NCBI GenBank assembly: GCA_938041035.1
Contig: CALHYX010000029.1
Location: 130,150-194,149, forward strand
Length of the DNA: 64,000 nt
Source of the DNA: an uncultured Acidimicrobiales bacterium
GTDB taxonomy: Bacteria > Actinomycetota > Acidimicrobiia > Acidimicrobiales > SHLQ01
Reading direction: 5' to 3'
How positions within the stretch are numbered: the stretch's first letter is position 1; every line of letters begins with the position of its first letter. The notes beneath the pieces are model-generated. The model worked only from the letters and a program-made list of their open reading frames with translations, was not told the origin of the DNA and did no database searches. This document shows, one piece after another, positions 40,140 to 48,973 of this stretch. Position numbers and translations under genes: made by a program.

Positions 40140-41288
40140 CTAGGAGGGGGTCAGCCGGTCGCGGAGGGCGGAGAGTTCGGTAACACCGGTCTGAGTCATC
40201 ACATTGACGAGGTCGGCATGCAAAATGTCGACCACGTGGTCAGGGCCCGCCTCGCCGAGGGCGCCGAGACCGAACATGAAGGCTCGGCCGGCAAAGACAA
40301 AGTCGGCGCCGAGGGCGATGGCTCGGGCGACGTCGAGGCCCGAGCGCACCCCACTGTCAAACAACACCGCCGTCCGCCCGCCGACGCGGTCGACGACGCC
40401 GGGCAGCGCTTCGATCGAGGCGGGGGCACCGTCGAGTTGACGGCCGCCGTGGTTGGACACGACCAACCCGTCAGCACCGTGGTCGACCGCCCGGGCGGCG
40501 TCGTCGGGGTCGAGCAGACCCTTGACGACCAGTGGGCCCGCCCACCGTTCGCGCAGAGCGGCGAGGTAGTCCCACGAGAGGGTGCCGCCGAGATGGGCGC
40601 CGACGAACCCCGCGGTCTTGGCCAGGGTGGCGCGGTCGACGTACTCCTCGAGCCCGGGGAACCCCGGCATTCCATGGCGCGCCGTGCCAAGGGCCCACGC
40701 GGGCCGGGTGATCGACTGAGCGATCAGGGTCGGGCCGATGACCGGGGGCACGCGGATACGGGCCTTGCGTTGCCGCTCCCGTCGACTCGGTGCGGGCACA
40801 TCTGCGGTGACGACCAAGGTCGTGAACCCGGCGCCGGCGACGCGATCGAGCAGATGGTCGCGGATGGCTTCGTCGCGCGGCGGGTACAGCTGAAACCACC
40901 CCATGCCCTTGGCGTTGGGCCCGGCCACCTCGGGCTTCTCGGTGGCGACGGTCGACAACACGTAGGGAATGCGGCGTTGCGCGGCCGTCGCCGCGAGGGC
41001 GGCGTCGGCACCGGGCCAGATGAGCCCGGTGAGGCCGACGGGGGCGATCCCGAACGGCGCCGAGTAGCGCACGCCGAACAGCTCGGTCTCGGTCGACGGC
41101 TCGAGCGGGCCCTTCAACAACCGGGGCGTGAGGGTGACATCGGCCAGTGCCCGCAGGTTGCGGTCGCGGGCCTGCTCGGCGCCGGTCCCGCTGTCGAGGT
41201 ACTCCCACGCGAAGCTGGGTATGCGCCACCGGGCCCGTTTCTCGAGATCGGCGATCCGGGGAAAGCGATCCATGGGATCGGTCGCCAT
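40140..41288 (-). CDS. FMN-dependent alpha-hydroxyacid dehydrogenase/oxidase (LldD/glycolate-oxidase family)
   Basis: The start is MATDPMDRFPRIADLEKRARWRIP at 41288. The motif is VVSNHGGRQLDGAPASIEAL. The protein is a TIM-barrel FMN_dh type. The track ORF has a spurious N-terminal extension. Confidence 0.88.
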   Translation of the reverse strand: MATDPMDRFPRIADLEKRARWRIPSFAWEYLDSGTGAEQARDRNLRALADVTLTPRLLKGPLEPSTETELFGVRYSAPFGIAPVGLTGLIWPGADAALAATAAQRRIPYVLSTVATEKPEVAGPNAKGMGWFQLYPPRDEAIRDHLLDRVAGAGFTTLVVTADVPAPSRRERQRKARIRVPPVIGPTLIAQSITRPAWALGTARHGMPGFPGLEEYVDRATLAKTAGFVGAHLGGTLSWDYLAALRERWAGPLVVKGLLDPDDAARAVDHGADGLVVSNHGGRQLDGAPASIEALPGVVDRVGGRTAVLFDSGVRSGLDVARAIALGADFVFAGRAFMFGLGALGEAGPDHVVDILHADLVNVMTQTGVTELSALRDRLTPS

Positions 41289-41292
41289 CGGG

Positions 41293-42306
41293 TCAGCGCC
41301 CGGTCGACCCCGGGCGGGACTCCAACACCCGAGCGGCCTCTTTGATGTCGACCGCCTCGATGGTGCTGAGGCTGGTGCGATCGAGCGGGCCGATAGCGCC
41401 GCCGCCACCGGCCAGGCGCAGCGCCTGGCGGTTGATCGCCTGCTCGAAGATGTTGCGGGCAAACCGACCGTTACCGAAGTGTTCGGTGCGGGGCGTGCGC
41501 TGGAGCACCTCGACGATGGCTTCTTCGCAGCCCGTGCCGAGGTGGTAGTCGGCGTTGCGGGCGATGCTTTTGGTGATGGCCACCAGCTCGTCGTTGGAGT
41601 AGTCGGGGAAGACGATTTCGCGAGCGAAACGCGAGCGAAGCCCGGGGTTCGATTTGATGAATGCCTCCATCAGCTTCGGGTAACCGGCCACGATCACGAC
41701 GAGGCGATCGCGGTTGTCCTCCATCTGTTTGATGAGCGCTTCGATGGCTTCACCGCCGAAGTCCTGGGCCCGCGGTCCCGGAGGCGCCAGCGAGTAGGCC
41801 TCATCGATGAACAGCACGCCCCCGAGCGCCTTCTTGACCGCCCGGTTGGTCTTGGTGGCGGTGTGCCCCACGTATTGGCCCACCAGCCCCGAACGGTCGA
41901 CTTCGACCAGGTGACCTTTGTCGAGGAACCCGAGCGAACCGTACATCTCGGCCAGCAGCCGGGCCACGGTCGTCTTGCCGGTACCGGGGTTGCCCATGAA
42001 CACGAGGTGCTCGGTGGTCTGGACGTCGGCCATGCCCTGCTTGCGGCGCCGCGCCTGAATTTCGAGGAACGCGACCTGGGTGCGAACCTGCTCTTTGACC
42101 GAGTCCAGGCCGACCAGCCGATCGAGATCGGCCTGAATCTCGTGTAGCGGGCGGGGCCCGGGTTCGGTCGTCTTTATCCCCGGGAGTCGCCGATCGGCCG
42201 CCGTCTGGCGGACCTGGCGACCGGCTTCGGTCAGTCGCTTCTTGATTTCATCACGGCGGGACATCACCTGCGACGCTACCGCCGTTGACCCCGCTTGGTC
42301 GGCCAT
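41293..42306 (-). CDS. AAA+ ATPase, CbxX/SpoVK/EccA-C-terminal type
   Basis: Walker A is FMGNPGTGKTTVARLLA and Walker B is VLFIDEAYSL. GYPKLMEAFIKSNPGLRSRF is typical of the CbxX/SpoVK subfamily. GGAAG precedes the ATG. Confidence 0.88.
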   Translation of the reverse strand: MADQAGSTAVASQVMSRRDEIKKRLTEAGRQVRQTAADRRLPGIKTTEPGPRPLHEIQADLDRLVGLDSVKEQVRTQVAFLEIQARRRKQGMADVQTTEHLVFMGNPGTGKTTVARLLAEMYGSLGFLDKGHLVEVDRSGLVGQYVGHTATKTNRAVKKALGGVLFIDEAYSLAPPGPRAQDFGGEAIEALIKQMEDNRDRLVVIVAGYPKLMEAFIKSNPGLRSRFAREIVFPDYSNDELVAITKSIARNADYHLGTGCEEAIVEVLQRTPRTEHFGNGRFARNIFEQAINRQALRLAGGGGAIGPLDRTSLSTIEAVDIKEAARVLESRPGSTGR

Positions 42307-42333
42307 CGCGCTTCCGGCACCCCGGCGGGGCGG

Positions 42334-43617
42334 CTACTCCAGGGTCGCGTAATCGGTGGAACGGTCGTCGGTGGTGGCGGCGCCAACCTCGGCCACGGCG
42401 GCGGCGAGGTCGACGAGGTAGTCGTCGATTACCCCCGCGTTGGAGTTCGACACCGTGGCGTGCAGGGAATCCGGCGGGCCCTGCCGGTCGTGGAACCAGT
42501 TGCGCCGTTCCATGGCGTCGGCGAGTGCGAAGACGTCGATCGGTTGCGCGGCTTCGGGGTCCGATGCGATCGCGAGCAGGTGAAAGGTCGGGTCGCCCAG
42601 GATGGTGATGCCGTCGATCGCGTCGACCCCGGCTCGCATGGCGTCGGCGTTGGCGAGCACCGAGCGGGTCAGGTCGACGTAGCCGTCGATGCCGAGGTGT
42701 TGCATCACGGCCCACGCCGCGGCCATCGGCAGACCCGATCGGCTGCCCTGAAGGTTCGGCGAGGCATAGAAGCCGCCGAGCCAGTCATCGAAGACGAAGG
42801 TCTGGAAGCGGCGGAGATCCTTGTTCCGGTGCAGGATGACGGACGCGCCCTTGGGCGCATAACCCAGCTTGTGAATGTCGGCCGAGATCGACGTGACCCC
42901 TTCGACGCGGAAGTCCCAGGGGCTGACCTCGCGGCCCAGTCGCTCGACGAACGGGAGCACGAAGCCACCCATGCAGGCGTCGACGTGGCAGTTGGCATCG
43001 GCGTCGGCGGCGAGGGCGGCGATGGCGGGAATCGGGTCCATGACCCCCTGCGGATACTGCGGCGCCGACCCGACGATGAGGATGGTGTTGGCGTTCACCG
43101 CCGCGGCCATGGCATCGACGTCGGCGGTCCAGTCATCGAGCACCGGGGTCTTGTGCACCGCGATGCCAAAGAGGTGAGCGGCCTTATGGAAGGCGGCGTG
43201 GGCGCTCTCGGCGACGATCATCTCGGGGGCGTCGATCCCGCGTTCGGTCCGGGCCCGCTCCCGAGCCGCCTTCACCCCGCAGAGGATCGATTCGGTACCG
43301 CCCGAGGTGAGGAAGCCGCTGGCGGGCTCAGCGCCGACGTGGCCATGGAGCAGTTCGGACGTCCACCCGACAACCTCGCTCTGGATCTGACCGAGTGACG
43401 GAAAGGCCCTGGTGTTCAGCGCGTTCTCGTGCAGGTACAACGCGGCGGCCTTCTCGGCGACCTCGTGCACCCCGGGACCGCCGTCATACACCATGCCGAA
43501 CGCACGTCCGTCGGACCACTTCACATCGTCGACCCGCTTGGCTTCGAGGTCGGCGATGACCTCCTCGACGGATCGGCCGGCCTGGCCAAAGGTGGTCGGA
43601 GGGGGCTTGTCGCTCAT
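42334..43617 (-). CDS. PLP-dependent group II decarboxylase (sphingosine-1-phosphate-lyase/glutamate-decarboxylase-like)
   Basis: The PLP-lysine block is SISADIHKLGYAPKGASV. TSGGTESI is present and the length is 427 aa. Confidence 0.85.
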   Translation of the reverse strand: MSDKPPPTTFGQAGRSVEEVIADLEAKRVDDVKWSDGRAFGMVYDGGPGVHEVAEKAAALYLHENALNTRAFPSLGQIQSEVVGWTSELLHGHVGAEPASGFLTSGGTESILCGVKAARERARTERGIDAPEMIVAESAHAAFHKAAHLFGIAVHKTPVLDDWTADVDAMAAAVNANTILIVGSAPQYPQGVMDPIPAIAALAADADANCHVDACMGGFVLPFVERLGREVSPWDFRVEGVTSISADIHKLGYAPKGASVILHRNKDLRRFQTFVFDDWLGGFYASPNLQGSRSGLPMAAAWAVMQHLGIDGYVDLTRSVLANADAMRAGVDAIDGITILGDPTFHLLAIASDPEAAQPIDVFALADAMERRNWFHDRQGPPDSLHATVSNSNAGVIDDYLVDLAAAVAEVGAATTDDRSTDYATLE

Positions 43618-43669
43618 CGCTCAGGCTTACCGTTCCCGCCGCCGGGCCGCAATCGCAGCCGCGGGCCGG

Positions 43670-44083
43670 CTACGCCATGGCTCGACGGATCGACGCGGCG
43701 TAGCCGCCGGGCAGGGCGATGGTGTCGAGGCGATCGAGGGCGAAGGTCGCCGATGCCGAGTGTTCATGGCTGATCACCACCGAATCATCGTCTCCGGTGA
43801 GCCGACAGCGATACGTCACGATCAGCGAGTGTCGAGCGTCGGGTTCGGGGTGATACATCCACGAGTCGACGATCGGTCCCACATCGACGGCCAGCCCGGT
43901 CTCTTCGCGGAACTCGCGGCGAAGCGCGTGCTCGGGCGATGGGTCGTCGTAGTCGACCCCGCCGCCGGGCAGTTCCCATTCGTCGCGTTCGTTCTGTAGC
44001 AGCAGCACCTCGCCCCGGAGCAGGAGTACGCCCTTCACGACGGCCCGCGGGGCCTGGAGCTGCAGGGGGATCGAGTCGCTCAT
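43670..44083 (-). CDS. NUDIX hydrolase
   Basis: The Nudix box is GGGVDYDDPSPEHALRREFREETGL. The start is ATG at 44083. Confidence 0.85.
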   Translation of the reverse strand: MSDSIPLQLQAPRAVVKGVLLLRGEVLLLQNERDEWELPGGGVDYDDPSPEHALRREFREETGLAVDVGPIVDSWMYHPEPDARHSLIVTYRCRLTGDDDSVVISHEHSASATFALDRLDTIALPGGYAASIRRAMA

Positions 44084-44157
44084 AGCCGGAGTCTCGCAGA
44101 TTCCCGTCGCCCCACCTACCCTCTCGGGCAACCGGCGCCGCCGGGCGGAGGAGATGC

Positions 44158-45111
44158 ATGCAGGCGATTCGGGTAATCGACGGAGCACCGACGCTGGTCG
44201 ACGAGCCGGCGCCCGGCGACCGCGACGACGGGGTGCGGGTGAAGATCCACGCCACGTCGATCTGTGGGTCGGACCTTCACCTGCTCGACCTCGGATTCGC
44301 CGAAGGTCGGATCCTCGGCCACGAGTTCGCCGGGGTTACCCCGGACGGCACCGCCGTGGCGGTCGAGCCGATCATCGGCTGCGACCGTTGTGGTCATTGC
44401 CACGAGGGGGTGCGGCACCACTGCGACGAGGGCGCAGAGTTTCTCGGGGTGATGCACGACGGCGGGTACGCCCAGGAAATCGTGGTGCCCGAACGCACCC
44501 TGGCCCCGCTGCCCACCGGACTCGACGTGGCCCACGGCGCACTGGTCGAACCGACGGCGGTCGCGCTGCGGGCGGTGAATCGAGCGGGGCTGAACGACGA
44601 GAGCGAGGTGCTGGTTATCGGCGCCGGCCCGATCGGGCTCGCCTGCGTCGCCGTACTGACCCACCGCGGCATCGGGGCCCGCTGCTCGGCCCGCCACGAC
44701 CATCAGCGGGCCGCGGTTGAACGCCTCGGAGGAATGGTTTGGGACCCCGCCGATGGGGGCCGGTTTCCGGTCGTCATCGATGCGGCGGCCACCGAGACGT
44801 CGTTCCCGACCGCCGTCCGGGCCACGGCTCCCTTGGGCCGCCTCGTCCTCGTCGGTACCCCGTGGCAGAAGCTGGCGGTCGATGTCGGCCTGTGCATGGG
44901 CGAGGTCACCGTGATCCCATCCGCCACCTACGGAGGCGTCGGTCCCGATCGGGAGTTCGCTGCGGCCGCCGGGGTGGTGGCTGAAACACCGGCCCTCGCC
45001 GACGCGCTCATCACCCACCGGTTCCCGCTCGACGGCGTGGCCGAGGCGTTCGCCACGGCCGCCGACCGGTCGAGTGGCGCCATCAAGGTCACCTTCGATC
45101 CCTGGGGCTAG
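44158..45111 (+). CDS. zinc-binding medium-chain alcohol dehydrogenase family protein
   Basis: CGSDLH and GHEFAG are present, along with a structural Zn Cys cluster (CDRCGHCHEGVRHHC) and the Rossmann motif VIGAGPIGL. GGAGGAG precedes the ATG. Confidence 0.88.
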   Translation: MQAIRVIDGAPTLVDEPAPGDRDDGVRVKIHATSICGSDLHLLDLGFAEGRILGHEFAGVTPDGTAVAVEPIIGCDRCGHCHEGVRHHCDEGAEFLGVMHDGGYAQEIVVPERTLAPLPTGLDVAHGALVEPTAVALRAVNRAGLNDESEVLVIGAGPIGLACVAVLTHRGIGARCSARHDHQRAAVERLGGMVWDPADGGRFPVVIDAAATETSFPTAVRATAPLGRLVLVGTPWQKLAVDVGLCMGEVTVIPSATYGGVGPDREFAAAAGVVAETPALADALITHRFPLDGVAEAFATAADRSSGAIKVTFDPWG

Positions 45112-45245
45112 CTGTTCACCGGTCGGGCGAAGCCGGTGACCATCGACAGCCGACTCGAGCTGCGCCACTTCGTGCGCGAACAGGCGATCAGCGCCACGAG
45201 GCACCGTTTTGGAAATCTCCTCGACTCCTAGCACCCTGTGGGGAC

Positions 45246-46211
45246 ATGGTCGCCCAGGTCGATAAGGCAACGCTGCGCATCGCACCCGCGACCGCGCTCC
45301 AGCGCGTCGTGTCACGCCTGCTCTTCGAGGGCCACTCGGCAACGGCTGGTCACCAGTACCTCAACCGCATCACCGGAACGAACCTGGCGTTGGCCGCCGC
45401 CGGGCGCCTGCCCACCCGGCCGATCGAGCGGCCGATCTTCATCCTCGGCATCGGGCGCAGCGGCACGACGCTTTTGGGCAAGTTGCTGGGCGTGACCCCC
45501 GGCCTCGCGTATTGCAATGAGGGCAAGGCGATCTGGGCCCAGGCGATTCGGGACGAGGACGTCCAGGGCTGGTTCCAGGAGACCGGCCGCTACCGCCTCG
45601 AGCCCGACTCGGTGAGCGCGGAGGAGACCCTTCGGCTCCACCGTCAGTACGGCTGGTTCCTGGCGATGCTGCGGGCCGAGCGGATCATCGAGAAGTATCC
45701 CGAGTGCACCTACCGGGTGCCCTACATCCGTTCGGCGTTTCCCGACGCCCGGGTGGCCGCCATCGTTCGTCATCCGGGCGATGTTGCGGTCTCGATCGCC
45801 CGCTACGAGGAGGCGAACGGCTCCGATGAGGCCACCTGGTGGGGTCGGGGTGACGCCAAATGGACGGTGATGTGCACGGAGTTCGCCGCCGTCGCCGACC
45901 CCGTGGTGCTCGCGCACATGGTGCCCGAGGCTGATCCCCAGACGCGAGGCCTCGTCGAATGGGTGCTCGGGATGGAGACCTTGCGCCGCAGCGAACTCGA
46001 CGCCTGGATCAGCTATGACCGGTTGTGCGCCGGGCCGACCGCCATCGCCGCGCTCTGCGATCGGCTCGAGATCACCGACCCATCGCGCCCGTTGGCTTAT
46101 CACCGCGAGATCGTGGCCCCGACGCCGGTCGCGTACGACCACTCGATCGATGGGCCGCTGATGACCCACGCCCAGGCGCTCTACGACGAGCTGGCGGCGC
46201 GCAGCCTGTAG
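45246..46211 (+). CDS. sulfotransferase family protein
   Basis: The 5'-PSB-like P-loop is IFILGIGRSGTTLLGKLLG, and later blocks are RIIEKYPECTYRVPYI and IVRHPGDV. The family call is moderately supported. Confidence 0.75.
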   Translation: MVAQVDKATLRIAPATALQRVVSRLLFEGHSATAGHQYLNRITGTNLALAAAGRLPTRPIERPIFILGIGRSGTTLLGKLLGVTPGLAYCNEGKAIWAQAIRDEDVQGWFQETGRYRLEPDSVSAEETLRLHRQYGWFLAMLRAERIIEKYPECTYRVPYIRSAFPDARVAAIVRHPGDVAVSIARYEEANGSDEATWWGRGDAKWTVMCTEFAAVADPVVLAHMVPEADPQTRGLVEWVLGMETLRRSELDAWISYDRLCAGPTAIAALCDRLEITDPSRPLAYHREIVAPTPVAYDHSIDGPLMTHAQALYDELAARSL

Positions 46212-46212
46212 G

Positions 46213-46929
46213 TCAACGATTCGCGTTGCCGCGATCGATGGCGCCATCGTCGACGGGGCCTTCGTCGAGGGGGACGGGATAAATCACCTTGATCACCCCG
46301 ATCGCCACGGCGGTGGCGATGAGTTGGGCGAGGATGAAACCGGGAACCGACGCGGGTTCGATACCGGCGAAGGTGTCGGAGAACGTACGGGCCACGGTGA
46401 CGGCGGGGTTGGCGAAACTGGTCGACGAGGTGAAGTAGTAGCCGCAGGCGATGTAACCGCCCACCGCGTAGGCGACCTGCGACGCTCTACCCGATCGCAC
46501 GACCGCGAAGATCACGATCAACAGACCGAGGGTGGCGATGCCGTCGGCGAACACGAGGTGCCCGGCGGATCGGTCCTTGGTGGACCACTCGACCGCGGGC
46601 AGGTCGAACATGATGTTGGCGATGACGACCCCGAGGATGCCGCCGGACACCTGGGCGACAATGTAGCCCGCCGCGGTTCCCGAGTCCATGCCCCCAAACG
46701 CGCGATCCATCAACGTGACCGCGGGGTTGAAGTGCGCGCCGGAAACGGTCGCGAACGCCAGGATCAAGGCGATGAGCACCCCGGCGGTGGCCAAAGTGTT
46801 CTGGAGCAATTGCAGGCCGACGTCGCTGCTCAGGTTCTCGGCCATGATGCCCGAGCCGACGACGCCGGCGAGCAGGAATGCCGTGCCGACGAACTCGGCG
46901 AAGAGCTTGGAGATGAGTTGCGGCTTCAC
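46213..46929 (-). CDS. MIP-family channel (aquaporin/aquaglyceroporin, AqpS-like context)
   Basis: The GTG at 46929 overlaps the stop of the upstream aroK-arsC gene (GTGA). There are two NPA boxes (SGAHFNPAVTL, SFANPAVTVAR) and six TM helices. The track ORF extends spuriously to 47133. Confidence 0.88.
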   Translation of the reverse strand: MKPQLISKLFAEFVGTAFLLAGVVGSGIMAENLSSDVGLQLLQNTLATAGVLIALILAFATVSGAHFNPAVTLMDRAFGGMDSGTAAGYIVAQVSGGILGVVIANIMFDLPAVEWSTKDRSAGHLVFADGIATLGLLIVIFAVVRSGRASQVAYAVGGYIACGYYFTSSTSFANPAVTVARTFSDTFAGIEPASVPGFILAQLIATAVAIGVIKVIYPVPLDEGPVDDGAIDRGNANR

Positions 46930-47930
46930 GGCGCCGTCCCGTCCAACTCGGCGAGCAGGGCGACCACATGGCCGCGGATTTCGTCGCGCACCCGGCGCAC
47001 GAGTTCGACTCCTTCGCCGGCGGGATCCGTGAGCTCCCAGTCGAGATAGCGCGTCCCCGGGTACACCGGGCAGGTGTCGCCGCAGCCCATCGACACGACC
47101 ACATCGACGGCGCGCACCATGTCGTCGGTCCACTTCTGCGGTTCGGCGTCGGTGATGTCAATGCCCACCTCGGCCATCACCTCGACCGCGACGGGGTTGA
47201 CCTCGGCCGCCGGGTTTGATCCGGCGGAGTACACCGCGACCCGCCCGGCACCGAGATGGCGGAGCCAGCCGGCCCCCATCTGGGAGCGTCCGGCGTTGTG
47301 GACGCAGAGAAAGAGCACGCCCGGCCGGTTGATCTCGACCGGAGGCGCGGCCAGCAGCTGCGCGATCTCGGCGGCGACCTCTTCGGGCGACGAACCGTCG
47401 GTGGCGACCTGCGCGAAGCGGGCGTAGTCGGGCTGGCGTTCCTTGAGGAGCGCGCGCACGCGGCCGGCGGGGTCGGGGCCGGTGAGCAGCGGGCGCACCA
47501 CCTCGGACTCATCGTCGGTGACCCGGGCGACGATCTCGTCGACGGCCGCGGTAAGACAGAAAATCCGTCCCGTTCGACCGAGCGCCTCGTGGTTCTTCGG
47601 GTCGAGCATCAGCCGTCCGCCGGTGGCGATCACCAGCCCGGAGCGGGCGCCGAGTTCGGTGGCGACCTCGTTTTCGAGGGCCCGGAACTCGGCTTCACCA
47701 CGTTGGGCGAAGATGTCATCGATGGGGCCATGGCGTTGCTCGATGAGTTCGTCGGTGTCGACAAACTCGAGGCCCAGAAGATCGGCGAGCAGGCGGCCGG
47801 TCGAGGTTTTGCCGGTACCCATGAACCCGGTGAGGACGACGTTCCCACCCGGCGGAGCCGCGGTTGGGTCGGCGGAGTCGGGGTCGTCGCTCGGGGGCGG
47901 CGGTGGAGCCATCACGTGAGGGTAGGCCAC
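46926..47930 (-). CDS. fusion protein: shikimate kinase (N-terminal) and LMW-PTP-type arsenate reductase ArsC (C-terminal)
   Basis: The N-terminal half carries GFMGTGKTSTG (Walker A), VDTD, ATGGR and RPLL. The C-terminal half carries LFLCVHNAGRSQMGAGW (a CX5R P-loop), YSAGS and SMGCGDTCP. The reading frame is continuous. The start is GTG at 47930 or ATG at 47912. Confidence 0.85.
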   Translation of the reverse strand: MAYPHVMAPPPPPSDDPDSADPTAAPPGGNVVLTGFMGTGKTSTGRLLADLLGLEFVDTDELIEQRHGPIDDIFAQRGEAEFRALENEVATELGARSGLVIATGGRLMLDPKNHEALGRTGRIFCLTAAVDEIVARVTDDESEVVRPLLTGPDPAGRVRALLKERQPDYARFAQVATDGSSPEEVAAEIAQLLAAPPVEINRPGVLFLCVHNAGRSQMGAGWLRHLGAGRVAVYSAGSNPAAEVNPVAVEVMAEVGIDITDAEPQKWTDDMVRAVDVVVSMGCGDTCPVYPGTRYLDWELTDPAGEGVELVRRVRDEIRGHVVALLAELDGTAP

Positions 47931-47948
47931 GGCGCATAACGTGGGGGT

Positions 47949-48392
47949 ATGACCCGCCAGATCCTGGTGCTCAACGGCCCCAACCTGAACCTGCTCGGCA
48001 CCCGCGAACCCGAGATCTATGGCACCGACACGCTGGCCGACATCATCGGCGAACTACGCACGTACGCAACGACGCTCGCCGTGGCGGTGCGCGATACGCA
48101 GTCGAACAGCGAGGGGGCGCTGATCGACGCGCTGCACGAGGCGCGGGGCTGGGCCGACGCGGTCGTGTTCAACCCGGGGGCGTACACGCACTACAGCTAC
48201 GCGTTGCGCGACGCGATCACCGCGTGCGAGCTTCCGGTGGTCGAGACGCACCTGTCGGACCCGTCGACGCGCGAGGCGTTCCGCCACGTCTCGGTGCTCG
48301 CCGAGGTGTGCATCGCGACGGTCGCCGGGTTGGGCAAGCAGAGCTACTTCGTCGCCCTCGACACTGCGCTGGCCCACCTCGAAGCGAGCTGA
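47949..48392 (+). CDS. aroQ: type II 3-dehydroquinate dehydratase
   Basis: The blocks ILVLNGPNLNLLGTREPEIYG, QSNSEGALID, NPGAYTHYSYALRDA and VETHLS are canonical AroQ motifs. Confidence 0.93.
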   Translation: MTRQILVLNGPNLNLLGTREPEIYGTDTLADIIGELRTYATTLAVAVRDTQSNSEGALIDALHEARGWADAVVFNPGAYTHYSYALRDAITACELPVVETHLSDPSTREAFRHVSVLAEVCIATVAGLGKQSYFVALDTALAHLEAS

Positions 48393-48395
48393 GCG

Positions 48396-48932
48396 CTACC
48401 GGTCGACCTCGTCGAGGATGCCGGTCTCCACATCGAAGACGAACCCGCGGATGTTCTCGGTGGCGGCGATGAACGGGTCGGCGGCGAGCCGTTCCATCGA
48501 GGCCCGGGTGTCGGCGTAGACGTCGGCGAAGCCCTGCACCGACCAGTCCGGTTCGGCGCCGACGTCGGCGCGCATCTTGGCCCCGAACTCGTCGTCGGTG
48601 ATCCCTTGCAGGCCGCAGTCGCTGTGGTGCATCACGATGACCTCGCGGGTGCCGAGGTAGCGCTGCGACAGGCACAGCGACCGGATGACATCGTCGGTGA
48701 TCACGCCGCCGGCATTGCGAATGATGTGGGCCTCGCCGGCTCTCAACCCGAGGATTTTCTCGACGTTCACCCGGGCATCCATGCAGGCCACCACGGCGAG
48801 GCGCCGGGTCGGCGGTGCCGTGAGCTCCCCGAAGTGGTCGGCCGATGCGTAGTCGGCGTTGTTCGCGATCAGTTCCTCGGCCGTCGGCACAAAGTCGGAC
48901 GGGTCGCCGGGGGCCGTGTCATCCATTCCCAT
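48396..48932 (-). CDS. beta-class carbonic anhydrase
   Basis: The blocks are VVACMDARV and VIVMHHSDCG (Zn ligands C, H, C) plus IIRNAGG. The start is ATG at 48932, or alternatively 48926. Confidence 0.9.
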   Translation of the reverse strand: MGMDDTAPGDPSDFVPTAEELIANNADYASADHFGELTAPPTRRLAVVACMDARVNVEKILGLRAGEAHIIRNAGGVITDDVIRSLCLSQRYLGTREVIVMHHSDCGLQGITDDEFGAKMRADVGAEPDWSVQGFADVYADTRASMERLAADPFIAATENIRGFVFDVETGILDEVDR

Positions 48933-48973
48933 GGCCGACAAGCTAGCAACCGGGCACCGGCCCGGCGCCAACC

